64,000 nt of DNA from a virus: IMG/VR virus record IMGVR_UViG_3300005573_000057, positions 76,450-140,449 of that record; one strand, given 5' to 3'. Both the position numbers and the translations under genes were made by a program. Positions 8,725 to 18,256 of the stretch are shown one piece after another (the stretch's first letter is position 1; the number at the start of each line of letters is the position of its first letter). The notes below the pieces were generated by a model, which did no database searches, had not been told where the DNA came from, and saw only the letters and a program-made list of their open reading frames with translations.

Positions 8725-9611
8725 TAAAAATCGTTAATCCGATCAACTAAATGTCGGTTTTTTTCCAAAAAATAGTTATACATGCCCATCTTGTTTTTCT
8801 TTGGTACTTCTTTTTGATACTCTTTCACAATCTCTTTCGCTAAAGAAGTAGGTATCTGACTCAGATCAATCAAACGTCGATTCCGAGTATATCCAGCTTC
8901 GGCTTTCCAATACCGCCTACCGCTGTTAGTTTTTGTCTCGGCCAAAACTTGTTGCGTAATTGGCAACTGTTTTTTCTTATCGACAAATGACATATCATGG
9001 CTTCGAGCGTTAGGAATTCCATCACTACGATCACCGCGCATGATCAACTCGTGAAGTTGCTCTAGTGCTTGTTCTTGCGTCAGTTTGAAATATTCGTCTT
9101 TGATAGAACTGTATTGAGCAACATTCGGAAACCGATGTAGTTGCTTGAAATCCTTATCACCAGACACAATCAAAATGTCTTGTGGCCTTTTCTCTCCAAA
9201 CTCGTCCTGAATCAGTTCATTGAATTGCGACCAAATAGTCAATACACCAATAATATCATCAGCTTCCGCATATTCGACTTCAATCAACCTGTACGGGAAA
9301 CATTGCTTGATACCAGTTTTCATATCATCAACAGTTTCTCGAATTTCATCCCACGGTAAGGTAGACGCTTTGCGTATTGCTTCGCGGCTATGCTTATATG
9401 GAGGAAAAACACTTCGACGCCAATATTTATCGTTGTCGATTGCGATACACAATTCCCCGTACTTTGTTCCAAACTTTCGTTTGATTCGAATCAATGACGA
9501 AAAAAGGCTTTCCATCAAAAGTTGTGACACATCAGACGGGCGAGCCGCAAAATCACGCTCAAGAACGTGAGAGTTTGCGTGGATCATCGCACTGAAATCA
9601 ACAAGGATCAT
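8724..9611 (-). CDS. rnh: RNase H / 5'-3' flap exonuclease
   Basis: MILVDFS, YWRR..FPPYK, EADDIIG, IVSGDKDFKQL, GDRSDGIPN. Confidence 0.95.
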   Translation of the reverse strand: MILVDFSAMIHANSHVLERDFAARPSDVSQLLMESLFSSLIRIKRKFGTKYGELCIAIDNDKYWRRSVFPPYKHSREAIRKASTLPWDEIRETVDDMKTGIKQCFPYRLIEVEYAEADDIIGVLTIWSQFNELIQDEFGEKRPQDILIVSGDKDFKQLHRFPNVAQYSSIKDEYFKLTQEQALEQLHELIMRGDRSDGIPNARSHDMSFVDKKKQLPITQQVLAETKTNSGRRYWKAEAGYTRNRRLIDLSQIPTSLAKEIVKEYQKEVPKKNKMGMYNYFLEKNRHLVDRINDF

Positions 9612-10294
9612 TTGTCCAATTCACCAAAATTGGTGGATTCTACCTCCAGAGCGACGTAGTATTCCAATTTGCCATCAGCACTTCGGAACCGGCTAACACG
9701 TTTACGATGCAACGCAACACGATACTCTGTCGGAATCATCTTCATGTTTTCTGTTCGCATGTAAGCTGTAAACGGGAGTTTTGTACTTGCTTCTCCCAAA
9801 TCCAACACGAAAGCGTTTGAAGTATCGTTCTTTTTATCAGCGACTAGAGCAGAAACAGTACCGCCACCGTCAGAAGTAAAAGCCACGTCATACGCTCTAA
9901 GAGTCGTTGATGCACGCATAATTCTCTGAAAATCGTGTTCTTTGATGGTAAATTCAACATCTTCTCCCGGAAAAGCAATTTTCTTGCTTCGATAGATCAA
10001 AACAGATGGGTCTGCAAAATAAAATTTTACACTGCTTCCAGCACCTTCCAATCGAACAAATTTTTCCTCAAACTTGAGTTCTGGCGGTGTTTCAAACAAC
10101 GCACAAGCCCCAAGAAATTCGGACAAGTCGTAAATCCCAAACTGCACAGGAAACACTTCTGAAACCTTTGCATACCCAACAATCGTTTTTTGGGCATTCA
10201 TAGTGTTCAATTCACTTCCGGGCATGATCAAAAGATTCGAATTGATCGAAGAAAAGTTTTTGAGAACAGCTATCGTTTCTCTTGATAATTTCAT
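9608..10294 (-). CDS. 45: Sliding clamp gp45
   Basis: MKLSRETIAVLKNFSSINSN, FGIYDLSEFL, YYVALE. Confidence 0.93.
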   Translation of the reverse strand: MKLSRETIAVLKNFSSINSNLLIMPGSELNTMNAQKTIVGYAKVSEVFPVQFGIYDLSEFLGACALFETPPELKFEEKFVRLEGAGSSVKFYFADPSVLIYRSKKIAFPGEDVEFTIKEHDFQRIMRASTTLRAYDVAFTSDGGGTVSALVADKKNDTSNAFVLDLGEASTKLPFTAYMRTENMKMIPTEYRVALHRKRVSRFRSADGKLEYYVALEVESTNFGELDK

Positions 10295-10476
10295 AAAAAT
10301 TCCTTTGGTAGTCAATTTGCAAATTTTAACACGACAACGATTGAAAGTGAAGGGATGCTTTTTCTTTACACTCCAAAAATTTTTCAATGTACTCGCGTTT
10401 CAGAGGACGAACAAAAACTTGAGGACTGCCCATTTGACATCCTCCCCGGCTCAAAGGCGGGAGATTCCTACTGCGT

Positions 10477-11694
10477 TCAACACAAAACATGCTGACTCGC
10501 TTCGGCGGGTTCCTGCTTCACAGAACGGCCTTGCTGCACCGATTCTCCACAGGCTAACAAGCGGTATCCCCGCTCTAAAATGTTAATCGCGCCGACCAAA
10601 TCGGCGTTTTCCTTAAAACCACATTCTACACATGCAAACTTGGCTTGTGTTTGGCGGTTCTCTGCGGCAACATGACCGCAGTGCGGACACGTCTGGCTTG
10701 TGTAATGAGCCGGAACTGGAAGCAGAATGCCACCGTTCCAAGTCATTTTGTATTCCAGTTGTCGCCTGAATTCGTCCCATCCCTGATCGAGAATGGCGCG
10801 ATTCAGTCCAAACTTCTGAGCTACGTTTTTACCCGGTGCTTCGCTATTGCCTTTAGAAGACTTGGACATATTCCGTACCTGCAAATCTTCAATAACAATC
10901 ATAGCGTGGTTTTTGCTGATTGTGGTTGAAGTCTTGTGCAGGAAATCTTTGCGGGCATTAGCGATAGTGCTGTGAATCTTCTGGACTTTAGCTTTCGCCT
11001 TTTTCCAGTTACTACTGAACTTAACCTTTCGAGACATGGCACGTTGGTACCGTGCTAGTCTTTGTTGATGTTTCTTGAAACTGTTAAGCGGTTTAATATA
11101 GCTACCATCGCTCAAGGTAGCAAACCGAGTAATGCCCATGTCGATTCCAATGGCGCTAGTAGCTGTTGGAATAGGTTGTTCAACTTCGCGTTCAGTTTGA
11201 ATACTCACAAACCACTTGTCACCGGCTTTGCTGATAGTGACATTGCGTACATTGCCTAGCACATCACGACTGTTGCGGTAACGCAACCAACCAAGTTTAG
11301 GCAGGTAAATACGGTTGTTGCATTGTTCTAGTTTGATACTTTTCGGGTCTGGATAACGAAAACTGAGGTGTTGCCCTTTTTTCTTGAACTTTGGAAAATC
11401 CGCACGCTTGGCAAAGAAATTGGCATAGGCACGTTCCAAATTCTTGAGCGATTGTTGCAACGGGTGAACAGGAGAATCTCTTAACCACGTAGTATCGGTG
11501 CTGTTGCGCCATTCTGTGAGCATCTTGCACAACCCCGCATAACCAAGCTTTTTCTCGCGTTGCTCGTAACGCTCTTTCTGCATCGCTAAAGCCTTGTTGA
11601 AAACAAACCGGCACGACCCGGCGAAGCTACGCATTTTGCGTTGCTGTTCGCCGTTTGGCATCAGTTCGTATTTGTAGGCTTGTAGACGTTTCAT
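10477..11694 (-). CDS. tnpB: TnpB RNA-guided endonuclease (type A, copy 1)
   Basis: GIDMG, IEDL, TSQTC..C..C..C zinc finger, NADLVGA. Confidence 0.95.
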   Translation of the reverse strand: MKRLQAYKYELMPNGEQQRKMRSFAGSCRFVFNKALAMQKERYEQREKKLGYAGLCKMLTEWRNSTDTTWLRDSPVHPLQQSLKNLERAYANFFAKRADFPKFKKKGQHLSFRYPDPKSIKLEQCNNRIYLPKLGWLRYRNSRDVLGNVRNVTISKAGDKWFVSIQTEREVEQPIPTATSAIGIDMGITRFATLSDGSYIKPLNSFKKHQQRLARYQRAMSRKVKFSSNWKKAKAKVQKIHSTIANARKDFLHKTSTTISKNHAMIVIEDLQVRNMSKSSKGNSEAPGKNVAQKFGLNRAILDQGWDEFRRQLEYKMTWNGGILLPVPAHYTSQTCPHCGHVAAENRQTQAKFACVECGFKENADLVGAINILERGYRLLACGESVQQGRSVKQEPAEASQHVLC

Positions 11695-11700
11695 GGCTTT

Positions 11701-11729
11701 ATTATACTAGGTCTATGGTTCAAAAGCAA
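11701..11729 (-). promoter_or_regulatory. tnpB promoter, probably giving a leaderless mRNA
   Basis: TTGCTT-N17-TATAAT ending 6 nt before ATG; the same promoter is present upstream of 27186. Confidence 0.7.
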
Positions 11730-11814
11730 CAACAGATTTACTTTCGCGCTATCATTCCCCGCCTTGAACGGCGGGGTTTGTCGCGCAACTAAAATCAAGA
11801 ACAGATCGAACCCA

Positions 11815-12561
11815 TTAACTGGCTGTTCCAACTCGTTCAGAAGCCTCGATAAATTCTTTGACCAACGAAGAACGAACAATATCATTGATCGTAAACCGTA
11901 TCCCCGTATGAGATTTCATGCGATTAGCAACTTGCATGAATTCCCCCAATCCACTAACTTCATGACGCTTGAATTGCAGATCATCCTGACGCACATCCCC
12001 ACAAATGATGATCTTCGAATCATGCCCAACTCGGGTAATGATAGTTGACAGTTCTCCGAAGTGCATGTTCTGAGCTTCATCGACTATGATCACAGAGTTG
12101 TTAAAAGTTGTTCCGCGCATGAAAGATGTGACCATAAAACGGATATGCTTTTGTTCAACAAGTCGTTGGTATGCATCAGGACGACCAAGCAAGTCTGCCG
12201 CAATCTGCGTATAGGGAGTTTCATACATTGCGGCTTTTTCTTCAACAGTACCAGGGGTGAAACCAATATCACGGCCCTGCACAGCAGATCGAACAATAAT
12301 CAAATGCTGATATGGTGTCGATTTATCCAACACTTCATCCAACGCAAGATACATCGCCAAAAAGCTTTTCCCGGTTCCAGCACTTCCCAACAAAGTCATA
12401 AAATAATCACCACGTCGATAGGCTTTGAAAACCTCGTTTTGCGCCATTGTCAATGGCTTAATTTCTTTCAAGTTGTTATGACTAACTTTCAGAGTCGTTG
12501 TACGCGGGGCATACTCAGGCGCAGGACGTTCGATTTCTTGGACTACATTACGTTTTGCCAT
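11815..12561 (-). CDS. phoH: PhoH-like ATPase
   Basis: GSAGTGKS, IGFTPG..EK, FMRGTTF, IVDEAQN, GD..Q.D, DIVRS. Confidence 0.95.
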   Translation of the reverse strand: MAKRNVVQEIERPAPEYAPRTTTLKVSHNNLKEIKPLTMAQNEVFKAYRRGDYFMTLLGSAGTGKSFLAMYLALDEVLDKSTPYQHLIIVRSAVQGRDIGFTPGTVEEKAAMYETPYTQIAADLLGRPDAYQRLVEQKHIRFMVTSFMRGTTFNNSVIIVDEAQNMHFGELSTIITRVGHDSKIIICGDVRQDDLQFKRHEVSGLGEFMQVANRMKSHTGIRFTINDIVRSSLVKEFIEASERVGTAS

Positions 12562-12584
12562 AATTATTTTTTTAGAAAGTCTGG

Positions 12585-13226
12585 TTAGTTAATATCAGGA
12601 GGGAGATACGGAGCCAAAACTGGTTCTCTCCAACCTGCCGGTTTTACGACTTTACCATTTTCGTCACGGTTAGCATACATTCCAGATCCTTGACAAGTTG
12701 GGCAATCTGGATTCAATGGATCAGGAGCATCGCACAAAGAAAACTTTTCAAAATTTGCCCTTGCCACTTCCTTCCATGCATCCGGCGTTGCATAGCCACC
12801 AGCAGCAGTTGCACCAATTGTGACCCAAACAATGTCTAGCAAATGATCAAGCAACTTCGCGGCTTTTGCTTGTTGATTATTAAATACGGAGTTGACAAAA
12901 TCGGGTGTATCTTTGTTTTTGAGTTTTTCAGCAGCCTTTTTGAGTTCAATTAGGAGTTCTGGTGTAAAAACGTCACTACCTTCGAATTCAGTAACGAGTT
13001 CCGACATTTCTTCCATCATCAACCCAAGTTGAAATTGTAGAAGCTTAGAATCAAATCTTCGCATCCGTTGAAGTTGTTTCGCAATCATCATCCATGAAAC
13101 CACGGAAGAAATAGGGTTTTCACTGATTGATTGGAACACCGAAACGGCATGAGCTTGAACTTCTTGTTGTGTTACAACAACTTCTGCGTCTACGTGCTCT
13201 GTTTGTTGCTTTTCTTCTGTATTCAT
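12585..13226 (-). CDS. All-alpha NTP pyrophosphohydrolase (MazG/PRA-PH-like)
   Basis: EEMSEL, LLDHLLDIVWV, EV..AN..K, RDENGKVVKP.GW..P. Confidence 0.8.
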   Translation of the reverse strand: MNTEEKQQTEHVDAEVVVTQQEVQAHAVSVFQSISENPISSVVSWMMIAKQLQRMRRFDSKLLQFQLGLMMEEMSELVTEFEGSDVFTPELLIELKKAAEKLKNKDTPDFVNSVFNNQQAKAAKLLDHLLDIVWVTIGATAAGGYATPDAWKEVARANFEKFSLCDAPDPLNPDCPTCQGSGMYANRDENGKVVKPAGWREPVLAPYLPPDIN

Positions 13227-13234
13227 AAAATTTC

Positions 13235-13525
13235 CTAAACAACGGCAAAGTCGCCGGGAGATTTACGGGGCTTCAAATGCAAAACGATACATTCACCAGC
13301 ATCATCATAAGAAATATCAAAACAAATCAAGGAAGATCCAAAATAAGTCAATACTCCATTAGTATAACGAATTGACGTAATTTTGTTTTTTGATCTTTTG
13401 GAATCTACATTATAAAGTTCGGTAATAAGTTCCTTCATCGTTTCATTAAAATCATACCGAAGCCTAAGATTGACCGATGTGATAATCGTTTGGAATTGTG
13501 CTTTGTCAGAAACTTTGATTTCCAT
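13235..13525 (-). CDS. Hypothetical protein
   Basis: Fills the gap in the operon. Confidence 0.55.
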   Translation of the reverse strand: MEIKVSDKAQFQTIITSVNLRLRYDFNETMKELITELYNVDSKRSKNKITSIRYTNGVLTYFGSSLICFDISYDDAGECIVLHLKPRKSPGDFAVV

Positions 13526-13532
13526 GCAAACA

Positions 13533-13550
13533 AGGGGGATTGCTCCCCCT
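13533..13550 (-). terminator. Rho-independent terminator after gp32
   Basis: AGGGGGA-GCAA-TCCCCCT followed by TGTTT. Confidence 0.6.
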
Positions 13551-13557
13551 TCCCTTC

Positions 13558-14502
13558 TTAAGTTTTTGCTTCCAAGTGTGCAAAATAGTCTTCGATGCTT
13601 CCTTCGTCCGAATCGAAGTTTGACTCTGCGCTTGTACCGCTTTCTTTCTTTTCCATCAAGGGAGCAATTGACGGCTTTTCAGGCGCTGATTTTGCAGGTG
13701 GCAGACTTGACTGTTGAATACTTCCGCCAAGCCCGAAACGAACATTGTCGGTGTTCCCGATAACCGCCAAAAACTTGCGCTTGAGTTCGTCGTATGACTT
13801 GAACTGATCTGGAGCAACGAATGAAGACAATAGTGGCAATTCCTCCATCATCTTCACAACTTTGTCAATATCAGCGTTCAGAGGCCCCTTCTTGTACCAC
13901 GAACTTTTGTCATAGTTCATCTGTTCATCAACTTTTGTCGCCCGAAGCTTAAATGTTGCACCATCGTCCCACATATCCCATGCGCTTGCAATTTCAGTTT
14001 CTTCATCGACAAACTGTGGTTTCGCCTTTTCCATGATCATTTCAAAAATCTTCCTCCCGTATCGGAAAAAGAAAACCTTTCCTTCATTGTCGGGATTACC
14101 CGGATCACGAACAACATAAATCTTTGAAATATAAAAAAGCTTTCGTTTACGTTGACGCGCAATCGCTTTCGCTTCATTAGTACCGACCTCATTCCACAAG
14201 ATTGTGTTTGCTTCTGCTACCGGATCGTCTTCGCCAATGGTAGTACGAGAATTTTCGATATACCACTTACCTGTCGGCCCCTTGAATTCATGTTTGTACA
14301 GTTTAACCCAAGGCAGATCATCACCATCCAAATTGATCAAAAATCGAATATCAGCAGAAGCATTTCCACTCTTATCAGGAGTGTATTTCCAAAACCTCGG
14401 ATCTTCGTATGACGAATTACTGTTCGATTTACTCATTTCTTCCGTGATTGTAGAAAAGCTAGAGGCAGCTTTAGCACGGAGTTTATCAAGTTGTGTAGAC
14501 AT
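13558..14502 (-). CDS. 32: Single-stranded DNA-binding protein gp32
   Basis: D.RFWK...DKSGN, GKWYIENS.TTIG..DPV, RKRKL.Y, NEGKVF, acidic tail. Confidence 0.95.
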   Translation of the reverse strand: MSTQLDKLRAKAASSFSTITEEMSKSNSNSSYEDPRFWKYTPDKSGNASADIRFLINLDGDDLPWVKLYKHEFKGPTGKWYIENSRTTIGEDDPVAEANTILWNEVGTNEAKAIARQRKRKLFYISKIYVVRDPGNPDNEGKVFFFRYGRKIFEMIMEKAKPQFVDEETEIASAWDMWDDGATFKLRATKVDEQMNYDKSSWYKKGPLNADIDKVVKMMEELPLLSSFVAPDQFKSYDELKRKFLAVIGNTDNVRFGLGGSIQQSSLPPAKSAPEKPSIAPLMEKKESGTSAESNFDSDEGSIEDYFAHLEAKT

Positions 14503-14563
14503 TTGTATTTCCTTTAAGATGCGCCACAGAATAACGTGGCAAAAGTGGCATTAACGCCTAGTT

Positions 14564-14743
14564 TTATTCACGAATGAACCGCTTCAAATCGACACCATAC
14601 TTTGATTCGATCTCGCTTATCTCGTCATCGTCATCATTCTGAACGATTGACTTCGATTTTTTAGTTACATTGGATGAACGCTTTTGGAATTCTTCATCTT
14701 CAAGCGTTTTCCGAAACTTTTTACAGTTTTTAACAGTCTTCAT
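14564..14743 (-). CDS. Small hypothetical protein
   Basis: Short charged ORF upstream of gp32. Confidence 0.45.
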   Translation of the reverse strand: MKTVKNCKKFRKTLEDEEFQKRSSNVTKKSKSIVQNDDDDEISEIESKYGVDLKRFIRE

Positions 14744-14880
14744 GGTGAAAATTTTAGAGAGTAATGTTATTCTTCGCCGTCCAGAAAAGCAACGTTTGCC
14801 GAGCAATCGTTAAAAATCTCATTTTGACACCTGTTCCAATATGTAGGCAGTGTATCCCAACGGAAATTGAAAAGCAAGAC

Positions 14881-16278
14881 TTAATCGAACACAAAGCCAC
14901 TATGACGTGAGCGATCCGTCGAACGATCAAACAACGGAACATCATCACGATTCGCAGGAGAATCCTTATCGGCTTTCGGCGTATCGAACAACGGCGCATC
15001 AACATCAAACAGCTTCATGCGACTCTTATCGACGCCAACGATGAACCGCCGCATCACCGAAACATCCGAATATCGGTTTTTCAGTTGTTTGAACAGCAGT
15101 TGATTGGCCTTTTCAAGTTCTTCGTTCGTCATCACAACAAGAAGCAAATCGGCAGTCATAGGGCCACCAACGCTATCGGAAGTGTCCCCCAAATCAACAT
15201 CGGAATTGTTCATCCCACCACGATTGGTTTGCGTGCTTGTTATAAGTGCAACATCGTATTCTACAGCCAAACCGCGCAGTTCTTCCGCAATCGACTTCAC
15301 ATAGGAGTAAGTATTCACTCCAGTTCCCATCTTCAATCGCTGACTTGCAGCAATGTTCATGTAGTCCACAATGACGATCTGAGGGCGGAAATCTTTCTTA
15401 ACCTTTAGTTCCTCAATGAGAGCACGAAAATGGCCAGCATGAGCCTGAGCAGTAGGATACTCTTTGATGATGATTTTACCACGCTTGAGCGCATTGATCT
15501 TTTCAAGATAAATCCCCTTGTTCATCTTTTTAAGGTCTTGCAAGGGCACATTCAGTAGGTTAGCATCAATACGTTCAGCAATCCGTTCCTCGGCCATTTC
15601 GAGAGTAATGTAGAGTACATTGTAGCCCTTCAACAGATAGCTTGCTGCAAAATGACAATTTACCAAGGTTTTCCCAACACCAGTTGGAGCCATGATGATT
15701 GACAAAGTTTTCGGCATCAGTCCACCATTGGTAATGGTGTTCAAACACTCAAGGTCAAATGGAATCTTTTCCTCAAACTTGTGGCGCAAATCAAACCGCG
15801 CTTCCGCGTCCTCAATAAAATCATGTCCGATCTTGGTATCGAAATTGATCTGCAAAGCATTTGAAAATAAGGTAGGCAACGAATCCTTTTTCATACTTGG
15901 ATGGTTCCCTTCGATAATCTCAAGTGACTCCATAATCGCCAAAAACAAGGCTCGATCCCGACACCACTTTTCCGTTTTTTCAATCAACCACTTTTCATCT
16001 GTTACAACGACTTTATGAAGTTCGCTTAGGAGTTCATGACTTTCGGAAATCACTGCATCTGGAAAGCCGGTCAACGAGTTAACATCGAGGCTAACCATCG
16101 TCATTGTTGGAACTTTATTGTACTTATTGAAACTTTGTTGAAACGCCGAAAAGATTGCTTGTTCTGGTTTCTCGCTGAAATAATCTGGTTTAATATAAGG
16201 GGTCACATATCGTGCATACGTATCACTGTTCAAAAGACCACCAAGGATTGCTATTTCAATTCGTTTTGGCAAGTTCAT
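14881..16278 (-). CDS. 41: Replicative DnaB-like helicase gp41
   Basis: APTGVGKT, YITLEMAEERIAERIDAN, IKEYPT, VDYMNI, QLKNRY. Confidence 0.96.
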   Translation of the reverse strand: MNLPKRIEIAILGGLLNSDTYARYVTPYIKPDYFSEKPEQAIFSAFQQSFNKYNKVPTMTMVSLDVNSLTGFPDAVISESHELLSELHKVVVTDEKWLIEKTEKWCRDRALFLAIMESLEIIEGNHPSMKKDSLPTLFSNALQINFDTKIGHDFIEDAEARFDLRHKFEEKIPFDLECLNTITNGGLMPKTLSIIMAPTGVGKTLVNCHFAASYLLKGYNVLYITLEMAEERIAERIDANLLNVPLQDLKKMNKGIYLEKINALKRGKIIIKEYPTAQAHAGHFRALIEELKVKKDFRPQIVIVDYMNIAASQRLKMGTGVNTYSYVKSIAEELRGLAVEYDVALITSTQTNRGGMNNSDVDLGDTSDSVGGPMTADLLLVVMTNEELEKANQLLFKQLKNRYSDVSVMRRFIVGVDKSRMKLFDVDAPLFDTPKADKDSPANRDDVPLFDRSTDRSRHSGFVFD

Positions 16279-16550
16279 AGTGAGAGTTGATAAGTGCATT
16301 GTTCTTGGTTCGACATTTCTTTCACAACTTCTTCCAACACACTATACAGACTTGGGCGACTATCTTCTTCAAAATCCTTTTGATTAACCCACTTGAAAAC
16401 CGAATTCTCTGTTTTACTTTGGATAACCATTGTAGGCAAATTTTCAGCCCAAGCATCTAAAATCTTCACGAATACCAATAATGTATCCGTTGAAAACTGA
16501 AACATATTGTAAAAGTCAACAGTCACGTCATCAAGCTTGAGCTTCGTCAT
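16275..16550 (-). CDS. Hypothetical protein (gp40 position)
   Basis: Between uvsX and 41, overlapping both. Confidence 0.55.
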   Translation of the reverse strand: MTKLKLDDVTVDFYNMFQFSTDTLLVFVKILDAWAENLPTMVIQSKTENSVFKWVNQKDFEEDSRPSLYSVLEEVVKEMSNQEQCTYQLSL

Positions 16551-17595
16551 CTGTTTCTCCGGTTTCTTCTACAGTTGCAGGAACCTCGCTACCAAACATA
16601 AACGCACTCTTAGTATACGTGTCAATCATATCAAGAGTAGCAGGAGTAAAATACTTTTCTGGATCTGCGTAAATCCTAGATTCAAATGTCTTTTCTTCGC
16701 CAATCTTGATAAACTTTCCCTCTTTCGACCAGATCCCCGCTGCAAGGGCAAAATCGAGAAGTCCGTGATACCGAGACAAGCCATTTTCATAGGACAAGCT
16801 TGTTTCGACTTGCAACCCTTCGCGTGTAAAGCGGCTTTTTGCCAACGTGATTTTCAGAGTGTTCCCAACAACGAGCGAACCATCCTTTTCTCGGGTTTTG
16901 CTGATCATCAGGACTGTGCTAGCAGCATAGTTGCCACCTTTGCCACCACCTGTCGTTTTTGTCGGAACATACGATCCAATTGTATCACTCACATGGTTTG
17001 TCATGATCAGTGGGACATTCAAAACACCCATTTCGAGCGACAAGATCCTGAAAGCCCCACGGATCAATTGAGCGCGTGTCATGTCCCGCGTATCTTCACC
17101 TTCCTTCGCATCCCCAATTTCTTTACTCGTCGAAAGCATCCCCAACGAATCTAGCACCATCATCATTGGAGGACGATTTTTCATTTTTTTGTATGATTCC
17201 AAAACCCTAGCAGCTTGTGTTCGAAATTGTTGTACTGTTGCAACAGGCACAACAAGAATTCGACTCGTATCCATCTTACGGGATTTGAACATATTCAAAC
17301 TCAAAGCACCTTCTGATTCAAAAAACACAACCTGACCAGTCGGGTTTTTACTCAAGAAATCGGCCATGAAGGACATGGCAAAGTACGTTTTGCCGACCGA
17401 TGGATCACCTGCCAACATGATCGTTTTGTTTGATGGAAACCCCCCATAAATTGATCCGCACAAAAGAGCATTCAAGGCATAGCTGCCAGTGTCTATGTAT
17501 GTTGATACTTGACCGATAAGGCCATCTTCGACTACTGATGCATATTCATTGCCGAGAACAGAGACAATATTTTCCAAAAAAGTGTTTGTTGCCAT
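16531..17595 (-). CDS. uvsX: RecA-like recombinase UvsX
   Basis: DTGSYALN, GDPSVGKT, LDSLGMLST.KE, DMTRAQ, TNH. Confidence 0.95.
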   Translation of the reverse strand: MATNTFLENIVSVLGNEYASVVEDGLIGQVSTYIDTGSYALNALLCGSIYGGFPSNKTIMLAGDPSVGKTYFAMSFMADFLSKNPTGQVVFFESEGALSLNMFKSRKMDTSRILVVPVATVQQFRTQAARVLESYKKMKNRPPMMMVLDSLGMLSTSKEIGDAKEGEDTRDMTRAQLIRGAFRILSLEMGVLNVPLIMTNHVSDTIGSYVPTKTTGGGKGGNYAASTVLMISKTREKDGSLVVGNTLKITLAKSRFTREGLQVETSLSYENGLSRYHGLLDFALAAGIWSKEGKFIKIGEEKTFESRIYADPEKYFTPATLDMIDTYTKSAFMFGSEVPATVEETGETDDEAQA

Positions 17596-17666
17596 AGGAG
17601 AAAGATAAAATAGTGATGGAAGACAATTCTATGCTGGCTAGAATTGAACGCTAGAGATTGACTACA

Positions 17667-17918
17667 TCAAACGTCTGCAACCTTGTCCAGTTGCGAACCA
17701 GGAGTGCGATGATGAATGTCCCGTAGAACCTCTTTGAATCCCCCAGGAACCTTTTGGCGTGACAGGCGAATAGGATCTATAAAGGAATTGATAGGGGGCG
17801 TCAAATGGACTTGCTCAAGTTCGGGGTGAGTTTCCAAAAAGGTTTCACGTTCAGAAATTTTCATCAACTGTTCGAACGTTTCACCAGTTTCTTTGTTGCG
17901 AAATTCATATGTGGGCAT
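17667..17918 (-). CDS. FmdB-like small regulatory protein
   Basis: MPTYEFRNKETGE..E; common in T4-like phages. Confidence 0.8.
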   Translation of the reverse strand: MPTYEFRNKETGETFEQLMKISERETFLETHPELEQVHLTPPINSFIDPIRLSRQKVPGGFKEVLRDIHHRTPGSQLDKVADV

Positions 17919-17963
17919 AGCGGTTCCTTTTGTTGTTTGGTAGTTATCACGAGACTACGAAGT

Positions 17964-18221
17964 TTACTTTCTCCCGTAGGAACCACGCTTAACTCCAGAA
18001 ATGCTTCCGCGACCACGTTTCTGTCCATCTGTTGAAATGGTATCTGTATTATAATCCATATTCTTTTCGTATGTCAAGCCTTGATTTGTGTAGTAAATTG
18101 TACCACATCGAAGTTTTATCTCTGATTGGTCTTTTCCCCACCGATAATCTACCACGGAAACGGATGGATCTGAATTTCCTAGATCACACACCTTGCTCAA
18201 AAGTTCATCTAATGAAATCAT
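17964..18221 (-). CDS. Hypothetical protein
   Basis: ORF track and position. Confidence 0.5.
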   Translation of the reverse strand: MISLDELLSKVCDLGNSDPSVSVVDYRWGKDQSEIKLRCGTIYYTNQGLTYEKNMDYNTDTISTDGQKRGRGSISGVKRGSYGRK

Positions 18222-18230
18222 GGACGATAA

Positions 18231-18248
18231 AGGGGCCTTTCGGCCCCT
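18231..18248 (-). terminator. GC hairpin after the DUF932 gene
   Basis: AGGGGCC-GAAA-GGCCCCT then TTAT. Confidence 0.6.
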
Positions 18249-18256
18249 CCCTCTTG

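Larger units (their letters stand above)
10434..11793 (-). mobile_element. IS1341-like TnpB-only element, both ends present
   Basis: TTGAT immediately 5' of the left end and its GC hairpin; right end ..GGGGAGGATGTCAA| followed by predicted guide ATGGGCAGTCCTCAAG. Confidence 0.88.

Noticed and set aside
17624-17646. Inverted repeat CAATTCTA-N7-TAGAATTG upstream of uvsX as an operator
   Set aside because: Single AT-rich instance with no second copy or known box; may be a simple hairpin.
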